Source of the DNA: Bacilli bacterium
GTDB lineage: Bacteria > Bacillota_I > Bacilli_A > RFN20 > CAG-826
Direction: 5' to 3'
Length of the DNA stretch: 64,000 bases
NCBI GenBank assembly: GCA_045628045.1
Contig: JAZQOV010000002.1
Coordinates: 106,826-170,825, forward strand
Shown here one piece after another: positions 29,096 to 38,446 of this stretch (position 1 is the first letter of the stretch; the number at the start of each line of letters is the position of its first letter). Position numbers and translations under genes: made by a program. A model generated the notes under the pieces. It ran no database searches and had not been told where the DNA came from. It worked only from the letters and a program-made list of their open reading frames with translations.

Positions 29096-30355
29096 ATGAT
29101 TGGTTCGTTAACATTTAATAACTTTCGTTTCTTTGAACAGTTTCAAACAATGTCGTTTTTTGCTGATTTAAGAACTAGAAAGTTGGTCTCCAATTCTCTT
29201 AAAATTTCAAATAAGAATGTTTTAAAAACAACAGCAATTTACGGTTCTAATAATTCTGGCAAATCTAATGTTGTTGATCTTTTTTATAGATTAAAAATGG
29301 TGTTAGAAGGAAAAGATGTTGATTTTAACACAAAAGCGTTAGGCGATAGTGAAACCGTTGAATTAAGCATTACTTTCAATAATAATGACGGGGATGGTTG
29401 GTTTTGTTATTCGTTTAGTTTTAATCATGAAAAAAGATCCTTTCTTAAAGAAAAATTCTCATCTATTTCTTATTATGATGAAGGCGCCCCCTTTGAAAAA
29501 GTAATTTTTGAGAAGGATGTTGAATCTTTAAGATTAATGATTCTTGGTGAGGAAAAATCTGAATTATTAAATGTTATTACATCAAATAAACCTTTGCTGT
29601 ATACTTTAAATTTAGAAAAAGGAAATTTTTCTGAATTATCAATTTTTTTAGAAAAAATTAAAAAATTATCTGACTCCATCATTGTTTTAAGGATGTTTAA
29701 TATTCCTATTCAAAATACAATCAATGCTCTAAAAGGTTCTGACAATAACAAAAAGAACTTTATTAAAGAATTCGTTAAAAATGCTGATTTAACAATCGAT
29801 GATTTTGATTATACTCAAAAACAACTTGTAAATTTTGAAAAACCAAAAACGGTAAACGAAGACGCTTTAAAAGAAATTGCACAACTTGAGGAAGCGTTAC
29901 ATTTAGGAACAAAGTATAAAAATAAATTTGTTCCTTCTATTTTGTTCGATTCTTCGGGAACAAAGAAGATTCAAGCAATTGCGTCTTTTATCTATGATTC
30001 TATTTTTGAAGGAAAAACTCTTATTATTGATGAATTAGATAATGGTCTTCATTATAAACTTAGCAGAGCAGTTGTAAGTGCATTTAACAATTTAGCAAAT
30101 AAATCTGGACAATTGATTTTTACAGCACATGATTTACTTTTAATCAGCAATAATAATTTGATGAGAAAAGACCAAATTTATTTTGTTTCTAGAGAAAATT
30201 TGAATTCTAGATTGGTTTGGCTTAGAGATTTAACCGTGGCATCCGGCGGGCCAAGAGATATGGAAGTATTAGTTAAACGTTATAACCATGGTGATTTTGT
30301 TCGTACTCCTTCCCCGTCTTTTATTGATAATATTTTCGATATTAAAGCTAGGTAA
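29096..30355 (+). CDS. AAA_21-type ATPase (AbiLi/RloA-like)
   Basis: NNFRFF, AIYGSNNSGKSN, DSSGTKK, IIDELDNGLH, QLIFTAHD, RKDQIYFV. Confidence 0.85.
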   Translation: MIGSLTFNNFRFFEQFQTMSFFADLRTRKLVSNSLKISNKNVLKTTAIYGSNNSGKSNVVDLFYRLKMVLEGKDVDFNTKALGDSETVELSITFNNNDGDGWFCYSFSFNHEKRSFLKEKFSSISYYDEGAPFEKVIFEKDVESLRLMILGEEKSELLNVITSNKPLLYTLNLEKGNFSELSIFLEKIKKLSDSIIVLRMFNIPIQNTINALKGSDNNKKNFIKEFVKNADLTIDDFDYTQKQLVNFEKPKTVNEDALKEIAQLEEALHLGTKYKNKFVPSILFDSSGTKKIQAIASFIYDSIFEGKTLIIDELDNGLHYKLSRAVVSAFNNLANKSGQLIFTAHDLLLISNNNLMRKDQIYFVSRENLNSRLVWLRDLTVASGGPRDMEVLVKRYNHGDFVRTPSPSFIDNIFDIKAR

Positions 30356-30360
30356 TTAAA

Positions 30361-31059
30361 ATGGAAGAAAAGTACTGTGTTCATTTAATAGTTGAAGGAT
30401 TTGAAGAAGAAAAGTTTTTCGAAGTTGTTCGAGCTTTTGGAGTAAATGAAAATATTAAATTAACAGTACAAAATGCCGATGGAGCACATAAGATTGGCGG
30501 AAAATATCAGGACGCAATTTCTAATGATGAGTATGATATTGTGCTTTGTGTTTATGATGTCGATTATAAATATAGTATAAAAGATTCAGCATTTAATTAC
30601 GTAATGAATGAACTTGTTGAGATTACTGGTTGTAGCTTAGATGCTATGAAGATTAGTTATTGTAATAACCCAAATATTTTAATTTGGTTTTTAGTAGGGA
30701 CTGAAAAGGTTTCCGACATGGAATTTGTATACGCTTCAAAACCAAAAAACACAAAAGCATTGCATAACCATTGGGAAGAAATTGGAAAAGGCATAGAAAA
30801 GGACACAACTTATAAGACCTATGAAGCTCGTGATTATCAATTAAATATTATGAGAGATTCATATTTATATGGTCATTATAGTTATGACAAAATTTTAAGT
30901 AATGGAGTAGAATTTGATACCGATTTAAAAAGTAGCTCTATGTCTTCAACAATGTATAAATTATTAGAAGCACTAAAAATTGGTGATAAGAAATATTTTG
31001 AAAGTTTAAAGGAGAAAAATAATGACAAACCTAACACTTCAAGAAAAAGAAAAAATTAA
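30361..31059 (+). CDS. RloB/AbiLii-like TOPRIM partner
   Basis: LIVEGFEE..FF, CVYDVD, NNPN..IWF; directly downstream of the ATPase. Confidence 0.65.
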   Translation: MEEKYCVHLIVEGFEEEKFFEVVRAFGVNENIKLTVQNADGAHKIGGKYQDAISNDEYDIVLCVYDVDYKYSIKDSAFNYVMNELVEITGCSLDAMKISYCNNPNILIWFLVGTEKVSDMEFVYASKPKNTKALHNHWEEIGKGIEKDTTYKTYEARDYQLNIMRDSYLYGHYSYDKILSNGVEFDTDLKSSSMSSTMYKLLEALKIGDKKYFESLKEKNNDKPNTSRKRKN

Positions 31060-31237
31060 AAGTATCTTAAATTATGGTTTAAATTTAAATCCCAATCTTA
31101 ATTTCGCTTACTTTCTTAATGCGATTAAACAAACAAACGACACCGTTTCAGGATTGGATTCAAAATTAAACACGATTATTTATAATCAAAAGATTATTGA
31201 TCAAAAATTAGATAGAATTATTAATTCAATTAAGTAA
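31022..31237 (+). CDS. Small hypothetical coiled-coil protein
   Basis: AAGGAG RBS; 71 aa. Confidence 0.5.
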   Translation: MTNLTLQEKEKIKSILNYGLNLNPNLNFAYFLNAIKQTNDTVSGLDSKLNTIIYNQKIIDQKLDRIINSIK

Positions 31238-31457
31238 TGAATTTATTGTAGAGTGTGTGAACGGGCGGCTAAGCTCATTGTTTCTTTTTAACCAATTGAA
31301 AATAAAGATAGAAATGGTTAGTTTATGAATTTTTTTAATTTGTTTCCAGTCGGTTAAGACTTGTTTTATGCCGGTTTATTAAGCAACAGCAATTATTCAT
31401 TTGTTTATGATTGCGGATTATAAAATCAAATTTAATTAACACGCAAGTATATCTTTT

Positions 31458-31737
31458 TATTAGGAACCTTAGGTTCCTTTTATTTTAATTTTTAGATATT
31501 ATTTCCTTTAATGGTTAATTATATTTGATATAAATATTGGTAGAGCCTGCCACTTAAATACGCAGGACTCAAGCACCTTCTTTGTATGTTGCTTTTTTTC
31601 TCTTTCGCAATCCATATAAGCGAACGTACTGAAGTAGTGAACTTCATTTGCAAAAGAGTTGGTAATTAATGCTATTTCATTACGCATTTATGAAGTGGCT
31701 ATCTAGGCGAGATACACCATATTGGTGAAGTCTATTT
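31458..31737 (+). repeat. Spacer repeat S3 (most complete modular copy)
   Basis: ggaacc/ggttcc hairpin, S core, gagcctgc..gcaggactc, aagca..tgctt, module T, gtggctatctaggcgagatacaccat, ggtgaagtctattt. Confidence 0.9.
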
Positions 31738-31972
31738 TCTCGCATACATAGTGTGCCAAACAAAGATTCCATTGATTTTTGTTGGATTAAAAATTAACTA
31801 TTAAAAAAGGCGCAATACAATGCGCCATTGATTTCAAAACATAATTAACCTAATAATATAGCTTCGAAACCCTTCTAATTGTCTATATTATATACAACAA
31901 TCATAAAAAGAGTCAAATTTTTTATTAAACATTTTTATATTTATTAAATATTTTAGTAGTAAAAGGGGTGGG

Positions 31973-33994
31973 TTATTCATTTTCGTTTGAATTTGAAAAG
32001 TAGTGTTTTTTATCTTTTTTTACAAAAACCGATTTGATTCCAAGTAATTTTACTAAATTAGCATTTTTAAATCTTGTTGAAGGCGTTCTTAACCAATAAT
32101 ATAGCATTACTAATAATACATTTATTAAAACAATCGAACCAACAAACCAGAATTTTGGAGTAGTAATTGCATCGAACATTAAGCCGCCAATAGACATAGG
32201 CGGTTTATTAAAGTAAGTGATATCGTTAACTTTATAGCCATCAATAAATATTTTAGATATCATTCCAAACCCAAACATTGTTACTGCTAAACTAGCAACT
32301 GTGAAAGATATGTTTACCCAATGGTAAAATCTATCGTTTGATATGTTTGTTTCACGCCACGAAAATTTGTTTTGATTTTCTAAATCTTCAACAATAGTAT
32401 CAATGTTTAATTTTTTGAAGACGGTTTTAGAGAGATCAAAATTATTTTTGAAACCATAATAGATTATAGAATACTTTCTTTCAATTTCGGAAAATAAATA
32501 CGAAATTATTTTATTCTTTTTTCTAATGCCGCCATATTTTCTATTATATTCAGAAGACAATATTTTAATGTAGGCTAGTAAAGAAGCATAACTACAGCAT
32601 TGACAAATGTATTCATAATCCCACAAAACATAGTAGCGAAATTTGTGTGATGCCGGTTCAATAAGCTTCATTCGCGTGTTAACATCAGTTTGAATATTAA
32701 GAGCCTGTTCAGCTAGATTGATTACAGTGTATGTGAATTGACCATCTTCATAAAATAGATGTTGTGTGTTTTGGTTAATCAAATCAAAATTTTTGATATT
32801 AGCCTTTCTTCCTTTAAATAAAGTATATGGGTCATAGTTATGATGATTACCTACGAGTAAACTTAAATAGTTAAAGAAAGTAGTTCCTAATTTTTTCTTT
32901 TTGTGAGCTTCTAAAATATAGAAATTTAAATATAAACATTTCCATACTTTAATTTGTTTATTATAATTTTCAATTAAGTTTAGAATTTGAGTGTCTTTTG
33001 CATCAAGCTTTGGGCATAATTCAAATGAATTAAAAGGCTCATGATTGTTTTTGTTGTCAGATTTTTTATCAAAAATATTTTTATAAATGATTACCTTTCC
33101 ATTAAAATTTAAGAATGAATTTAAATCAATAACAGAGAATATTTTTGGCAATTTGTTCATATAAGAATTAATGTTATCGGCAGTTTTAACCGCTAAAGGA
33201 ACATAGTTTAAAATGTTCTTTTTTATATCCAACTTAAATAAGCATGAATCATTTTGTTGGTTATTATTTTGTTTCCCAGATTGGATTTTTTTGCTCGACA
33301 CAACAGAAAAATTTAAAAGACCATCGCAAGAAACAAGAATTAATGCTTTTGCATCATTCGCCAAACAATCGCTCAAATCGCAAACCGAATCCATACTCTT
33401 TGCTTCTTTTATAATTTTTTCCAATTGCAACGCTAGTTTATTGTTTGTTTTTTCATTATTATCATTTCTGATTCTTTGCCAATACTTAATCCTATTTCTA
33501 ATGTTCTTATTAAACTTTTTTATTTTATTAACATTAGAACAATTTGCATTATAAATCTTTTTTAGCTTATCAATACCATCAACAACCCTTAAATACTTCT
33601 TATTACATTCAGAATATGTAAAATCTGATTTAAAATAGTCGAAATATTCGAAAATCAATTTATATTTTTCTTTTAAGAAATCGTCCCTTTTCTTTTTGTC
33701 AGATTCCTTTTTGCACATATTATCAATACTGTATTCAAACAATACAAAATCATTTTTAGCCAATTCTTTAATGCTATAGTTATCGCCTTTACTATATCTG
33801 AGAACTTGTTTTCCGGAAGCTATTTCGTCATCAAAATATTTGGTAATAAACTCATTAATAAGCAAGTTATTTTTAGACCCTAATGGACCAGCATTTTCCA
33901 TACACTTAGCTAAAATTTCCTCATACTTACAAGTATAAATAAATGTTTTAGTGCAAAAATATATTGGTTCTATTTTTAATTTTACATACGCCAT
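31973..33994 (-). CDS. Hypothetical N/K-rich protein with C-terminal TM pair (CorA-like topology)
   Basis: 673-aa ORF; helical region followed by two hydrophobic segments. Confidence 0.6.
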   Translation of the reverse strand: MAYVKLKIEPIYFCTKTFIYTCKYEEILAKCMENAGPLGSKNNLLINEFITKYFDDEIASGKQVLRYSKGDNYSIKELAKNDFVLFEYSIDNMCKKESDKKKRDDFLKEKYKLIFEYFDYFKSDFTYSECNKKYLRVVDGIDKLKKIYNANCSNVNKIKKFNKNIRNRIKYWQRIRNDNNEKTNNKLALQLEKIIKEAKSMDSVCDLSDCLANDAKALILVSCDGLLNFSVVSSKKIQSGKQNNNQQNDSCLFKLDIKKNILNYVPLAVKTADNINSYMNKLPKIFSVIDLNSFLNFNGKVIIYKNIFDKKSDNKNNHEPFNSFELCPKLDAKDTQILNLIENYNKQIKVWKCLYLNFYILEAHKKKKLGTTFFNYLSLLVGNHHNYDPYTLFKGRKANIKNFDLINQNTQHLFYEDGQFTYTVINLAEQALNIQTDVNTRMKLIEPASHKFRYYVLWDYEYICQCCSYASLLAYIKILSSEYNRKYGGIRKKNKIISYLFSEIERKYSIIYYGFKNNFDLSKTVFKKLNIDTIVEDLENQNKFSWRETNISNDRFYHWVNISFTVASLAVTMFGFGMISKIFIDGYKVNDITYFNKPPMSIGGLMFDAITTPKFWFVGSIVLINVLLVMLYYWLRTPSTRFKNANLVKLLGIKSVFVKKDKKHYFSNSNENE

Positions 33995-34007
33995 AAATAT
34001 AACACCC

Positions 34008-34652
34008 TTATAAAATTTCTATTTTAATATTATCATTACCAATTTCACTAGTAAGATCGTAATGGTTAATAGTGTCATAAAATAAACCAAATTTCAAACT
34101 TTTACTATTAGATAACAATGTGTAATCATCTTTATTTATTTTTACTTTGCGATTTACATTATTTTCATCGTCCAAAAAATTGAAATAGTAATCAGTCCCA
34201 TCTGTTGAAAAATAATTTAAATTTTTTAAATTATTACATTCGAACTCAATATAATGCGTCTTTCTAAAAGGATTAATGAATTTAATTGAATCAAATATAC
34301 ATAAAATGGAACTCTTTAGTTTTTCTTCAATAACATGATAGTCAGTAATTTCCATTGTTACATTGAATTGCATATCATGAATCATGCTTTCTGTGTAAAA
34401 AGATAACTTATCTGAATCCTTTTCTCCGCAGGAATCTGGAATATTAATTTTAAGATTTTTTGAATTCTTTTCATTTGGGTTTGGAGCATAAAAATAATTA
34501 TCACCGTATTTAAAAAGTATATCTGAATAACTAAAATTAAAATGTTCTTTAATGTGTGTTTTTGTGTTATCGTGACAGTTGTTAACTAAAGTAGATGTAA
34601 AGATTATGAACCAAGTTTTAAATTTCATACATTCTAATATACTTATTAACAA
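34008..34652 (-). CDS. Hypothetical protein, possible N-terminal membrane anchor
   Basis: 214-aa ORF co-oriented with 31973-33994; start uncertain. Confidence 0.5.
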   Translation of the reverse strand: MLISILECMKFKTWFIIFTSTLVNNCHDNTKTHIKEHFNFSYSDILFKYGDNYFYAPNPNEKNSKNLKINIPDSCGEKDSDKLSFYTESMIHDMQFNVTMEITDYHVIEEKLKSSILCIFDSIKFINPFRKTHYIEFECNNLKNLNYFSTDGTDYYFNFLDDENNVNRKVKINKDDYTLLSNSKSLKFGLFYDTINHYDLTSEIGNDNIKIEIL

Positions 34653-34962
34653 TTACTTTGTAAACAATATTTCTTTTATTAATTAAAAAAATTCTAATTT
34701 CCAAGAATCTTTCCGTTGATCCTATTTATGCGTGTTAATTTTTGTGAATGAAGTACACTTACGTTTGTTAAGTTGCTTATGACGGGCAAATCTAAACCTA
34801 CATTCGAGATATCGCACAAGAATTCAAACATCGCTTTTGCAATAGACACTACATATTATTAAACCGTTATTAATAAATAATATTACTTATAATAATATTT
34901 ATGTATAGAATAGAGACACTATAAAGAAATATAAGATTAGTTACACAACTGGAGTATATGAC

Positions 34963-35201
34963 TTATTATATTAGGAACCTTAAGGTTCCTTTTATTTTAA
35001 TTATTGGATATTATTTCCTTTAGTGGTTAATTATATTTGATATAAATATTGGTTGAGCCTGCTATTAAAATACACAGAACTCAAGTGGCTAATTGATACG
35101 CCACTATGTGAAGTCGATTAGTTTATACGACTTCACTTTTTATTCTCTTTTGCATGTTTATAAGTGAACGTACTTAGTAGTGAACTTCATTTGCAGAAGA
35201 G
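34963..35201 (+). repeat. Spacer repeat S4 plus modules
   Basis: taggaacct-ta-aggttcctttt, S core, gtggc..gccac, gtgaagtcg..cgacttcac, module T. Confidence 0.9.
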
Positions 35202-35312
35202 CCGATGCTGATAGTTATTTTGAGATTATTTTTGCAGGAGAAACTTATGGTGATTTATGGTAAAATTTTTAGTATAATTTAAATATAATATTTAATTTAA
35301 TAGGAGAAATGT

Positions 35313-36365
35313 ATGGACAAAAGACTCGAAAATGTAAACCTTATCAAAATAATACTAATGGTACTAATCGTAATTTCCCATTCTATTATTTTTCTAAATG
35401 GTTCTTGGTATCCATATGGAACTATTGAAAAAGTAAATGTTATTTCTTATGTTGTTGATTGGCTAGGATCATTTCATATCTTTGCTTTTACTTTAGTTTC
35501 AGGCTATATTTTTTACTACCAAAAATATGAGATTTCTGCATATCCAAAATACTCATCATTCATTCTGAAAAAAGTTAAAAGACTAATTGTACCGTTTTTA
35601 TTCTTATCACTATTTTGGGTAATTCCAGTTAACTGGATAATTGGCGGTTTCAATTTAGAAAGATTTGCTAAAATTTTAATTGGAGTTAGATCCGAACAGC
35701 TTTGGTTTTTACTAATGCTTTTCTTTGTTTTTGCATTATGTTACCCATTATCTAATTTTTTTAAGAAAAGAGGGTTATTAGGAGCTTTTGTTTCATTAGC
35801 ATGTTATGGTGTTGGATTTATTGGAGCATATTTTTTACCGGACGTTCTACAAATTTTTACTGCTTTAAAATTTATACCATTTTTCTTTCTTGGCTTTAAA
35901 ATGAGACAAGGTTGGGATAAATATATTTCTAAAATCCCCTTTTACATTTACATAATTATTGATGTTCTTATTTTTGGAGCATTGATATTTATACAAGCAA
36001 GAGACGGAATGGTTTTTAAACTATTGTCTGTAGCTGTTGGTTTTATCTTAAATGTTATTGGCTCTATTATGGTTTGGACAACGTTGCAAACAATTGGCAA
36101 CCGTTACGAATGGAAAAATTCAAAATTGCTCTCATTTCTTAGCGACAAAACTTTTATTTTATATTTGCTACATCATCAAATTATTTATCTTGTAATATAT
36201 TTATTCTTAGGAAAAATTAATATTTATTTAATTTTGATTTTGAATCTTGTGATATCTTTTGGATTATCCACATTATTGTCAATATTAATTTTAAAATTTA
36301 ATTGGCTCAGATTTTTATTTGGAGAAAAATCAAAAAAACGCTTGTTTAAAAATGTTCATAATTAG
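35313..36365 (+). CDS. Acyltransferase-3 family membrane O-acyltransferase
   Basis: K.ILMVLIVISH, F..VSGY, KKVKRLIVPF, QLWFL, YLLH; multi-TM. Confidence 0.85.
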   Translation: MDKRLENVNLIKIILMVLIVISHSIIFLNGSWYPYGTIEKVNVISYVVDWLGSFHIFAFTLVSGYIFYYQKYEISAYPKYSSFILKKVKRLIVPFLFLSLFWVIPVNWIIGGFNLERFAKILIGVRSEQLWFLLMLFFVFALCYPLSNFFKKRGLLGAFVSLACYGVGFIGAYFLPDVLQIFTALKFIPFFFLGFKMRQGWDKYISKIPFYIYIIIDVLIFGALIFIQARDGMVFKLLSVAVGFILNVIGSIMVWTTLQTIGNRYEWKNSKLLSFLSDKTFILYLLHHQIIYLVIYLFLGKINIYLILILNLVISFGLSTLLSILILKFNWLRFLFGEKSKKRLFKNVHN

Positions 36366-36384
36366 GAATCAAATTTAGGAATTT

Positions 36385-37110
36385 ATGAATCAAAATGAAA
36401 TAGGCAAGTTAATAGCTAAAAAACGTATAGAAAGAGGATTAACCCAGAAACAATTAGCAGAGTGCCTTTTTGTCACAGATAAAGCAGTTTCTAAATGGGA
36501 AAGAGGCATTTCAATGCCTGATCTAAATTCGATAGCAAAATTAGCCTCTCTTATTGATATTGATGCTGAAGCTTTTATACCCGTATCATTAAAACCTGAA
36601 GAATGGGTTGGAATTATTTGTGTTAACGAAAAAGACGACATTTTTAAAAGAAACCTTTGTGGGCAAACAGTATTTGAGTATTTGGTTAGTTATTTTTTGC
36701 TTTTTGGTATTAAGCACGTCTTTATTAAATGTTCCGATGAAGAATTTATAGAAAACTTGAATTTGACTAAATATGGTTTTGTAATTCATTTAAATGAATC
36801 CATTTTAAATAAAAAGAGTATTTGCATAAGCGATAATCTTTTATTGATTGGCGCAAATCTAACAAGAAAATTTCAAAACTTTATGGCGTTAGAGACAAAC
36901 GTTGATATCATTTTTAATGATAGAAAAATTCCAATTTCACTAGAGGGTTTTGATAAGAAAAGTCAAAAATTTCTTGGCAACGGTTATATTTGTAGGGTCA
37001 TAAATTCCAAAAATTTTGATGAAATTTCTAATTTTGTCGAATTTTTTAACAAAGACAGCAACTTTAAATTAAACAATTTATTACAAATTAAGATAAATAG
37101 AGAAAAGTAA
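36385..37110 (+). CDS. XRE-HTH fused to a degenerate nucleotidyltransferase (RmlA-like) domain
   Basis: LTQKQLAE.L.VTDKAVSKWERG...PD; then VGII...FEYLVSYFLLFGIKHVFI, resembling RmlA KGII...[18 protein letters not shown] but without GGxGTRL. Confidence 0.7.
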   Translation: MNQNEIGKLIAKKRIERGLTQKQLAECLFVTDKAVSKWERGISMPDLNSIAKLASLIDIDAEAFIPVSLKPEEWVGIICVNEKDDIFKRNLCGQTVFEYLVSYFLLFGIKHVFIKCSDEEFIENLNLTKYGFVIHLNESILNKKSICISDNLLLIGANLTRKFQNFMALETNVDIIFNDRKIPISLEGFDKKSQKFLGNGYICRVINSKNFDEISNFVEFFNKDSNFKLNNLLQIKINREK

Positions 37111-37157
37111 ACTTTTAGTAGATTTTTATAGTAAATCTATGTTTATATAATATAATC

Positions 37158-38429
37158 ATGGATATTTTTAAAAATAAAAAATTATTAATACTTGGTGGGG
37201 CAGAGATTCACTCAAAAGTCGTTAGAGCAGCAAAGGAAATGGGCATCTATACGATTGTTATTGATAACCTCGATGTTAGTAAATCACCAGCAAAACAAAT
37301 AGCAGATGAGCATCATTTAATTGATATTTTTGATGTTGAAGAAATTATTAAATTTTGCAAGGAGAATTTAATTGATGGAGTAATTAACACATCATTAGAT
37401 CCATGTCAAATTACGCAATCGAAAGTTTGTGATGCTTTAAATCTACCTTGTTATGGAACTAAAGATCAGTATTTAACAATGACCAACAAAACATTGTTTA
37501 AACAATTTTGTGTTAAAAATCACATTGATGTTATTAAAGGATATTCAAAAAACGAAGTTTTAACTGGCAATGCGAATTTTCCTATTTTTATAAAACCTGT
37601 TGATAGCAGAGGATCAAGAGGACAATCAATCTGTAATAATATCGAGGAAGCAAAGGAAGGAATTAGAATTGCTGAATCTATTTCAACTAATGGCGATGTT
37701 TTAATTGAACAATATCTGGAAAACAAGCAAGATTTTATGCTCTGCTATATCGTTATTAATTCTGAGCCACATCTTGTTAGGGTTTGCGATAGATTTGAAG
37801 GCAAACCATCAGATGGGCTCGACAAGGTTGGAGCCCTTGCATTAAATCCTTCCAGATTTACAACGATGTATGTTAATAAAATTAATGAAAAAGTTATAAA
37901 AATGATTAAAAATTTGGGTATAAAATATGGACCAATTTTTCTTCAAGGATTTGTTGATGGTGAGACAGTCAGAATGTATGATCCCGGATTAAGACTTCCT
38001 GGCGGAAATTATGAGAATTTATTCAAACATATCTTTGGTGTTGATATCATTAAAATGTTAATCGAATTCTCGTTATCGGGAAGAATAAGCGATTCTTACG
38101 GAATCCTCGAGAACAATTGTTATCTTTTGAATGGGAAATACGTTGCAAATTTATTTCCTATGATGAAACCTGGAAAAATACACAAAATCGAAGGTTTTGA
38201 TTTAATCAAAAAGCAACCGTTCATTATTAGTGCGGCGCTCAGGCATGGCGTTAATGATGTGGTTGAAGAAACGCATACTGTTTCGCAACGTATTGGCGAA
38301 TTTAATATTGCTACAGACTCGTTTAATGATATGAAAAAGGCAATTAGTTTTGTTTATGAGAATTTAAAGATATATGATGAACAAGGAAAATTATTAAATT
38401 GTTCATACTTAAATTTAGAAAATATTTAA
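37158..38429 (+). CDS. ATP-grasp domain protein (carboxylate-amine ligase-like)
   Basis: KKLLILGG, NK..FK.F, FPIFIKPVDSRGSRG, LIEQYL, RLPG. Confidence 0.8.
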   Translation: MDIFKNKKLLILGGAEIHSKVVRAAKEMGIYTIVIDNLDVSKSPAKQIADEHHLIDIFDVEEIIKFCKENLIDGVINTSLDPCQITQSKVCDALNLPCYGTKDQYLTMTNKTLFKQFCVKNHIDVIKGYSKNEVLTGNANFPIFIKPVDSRGSRGQSICNNIEEAKEGIRIAESISTNGDVLIEQYLENKQDFMLCYIVINSEPHLVRVCDRFEGKPSDGLDKVGALALNPSRFTTMYVNKINEKVIKMIKNLGIKYGPIFLQGFVDGETVRMYDPGLRLPGGNYENLFKHIFGVDIIKMLIEFSLSGRISDSYGILENNCYLLNGKYVANLFPMMKPGKIHKIEGFDLIKKQPFIISAALRHGVNDVVEETHTVSQRIGEFNIATDSFNDMKKAISFVYENLKIYDEQGKLLNCSYLNLENI

Positions 38430-38446
38430 TAGAGGTCGAAACTCAG

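Noticed and set aside
16795-35201. R/S repeats as a CRISPR array
   Set aside because: Copies are 1-3.5 kb apart and separated by whole genes; no cas genes in the window
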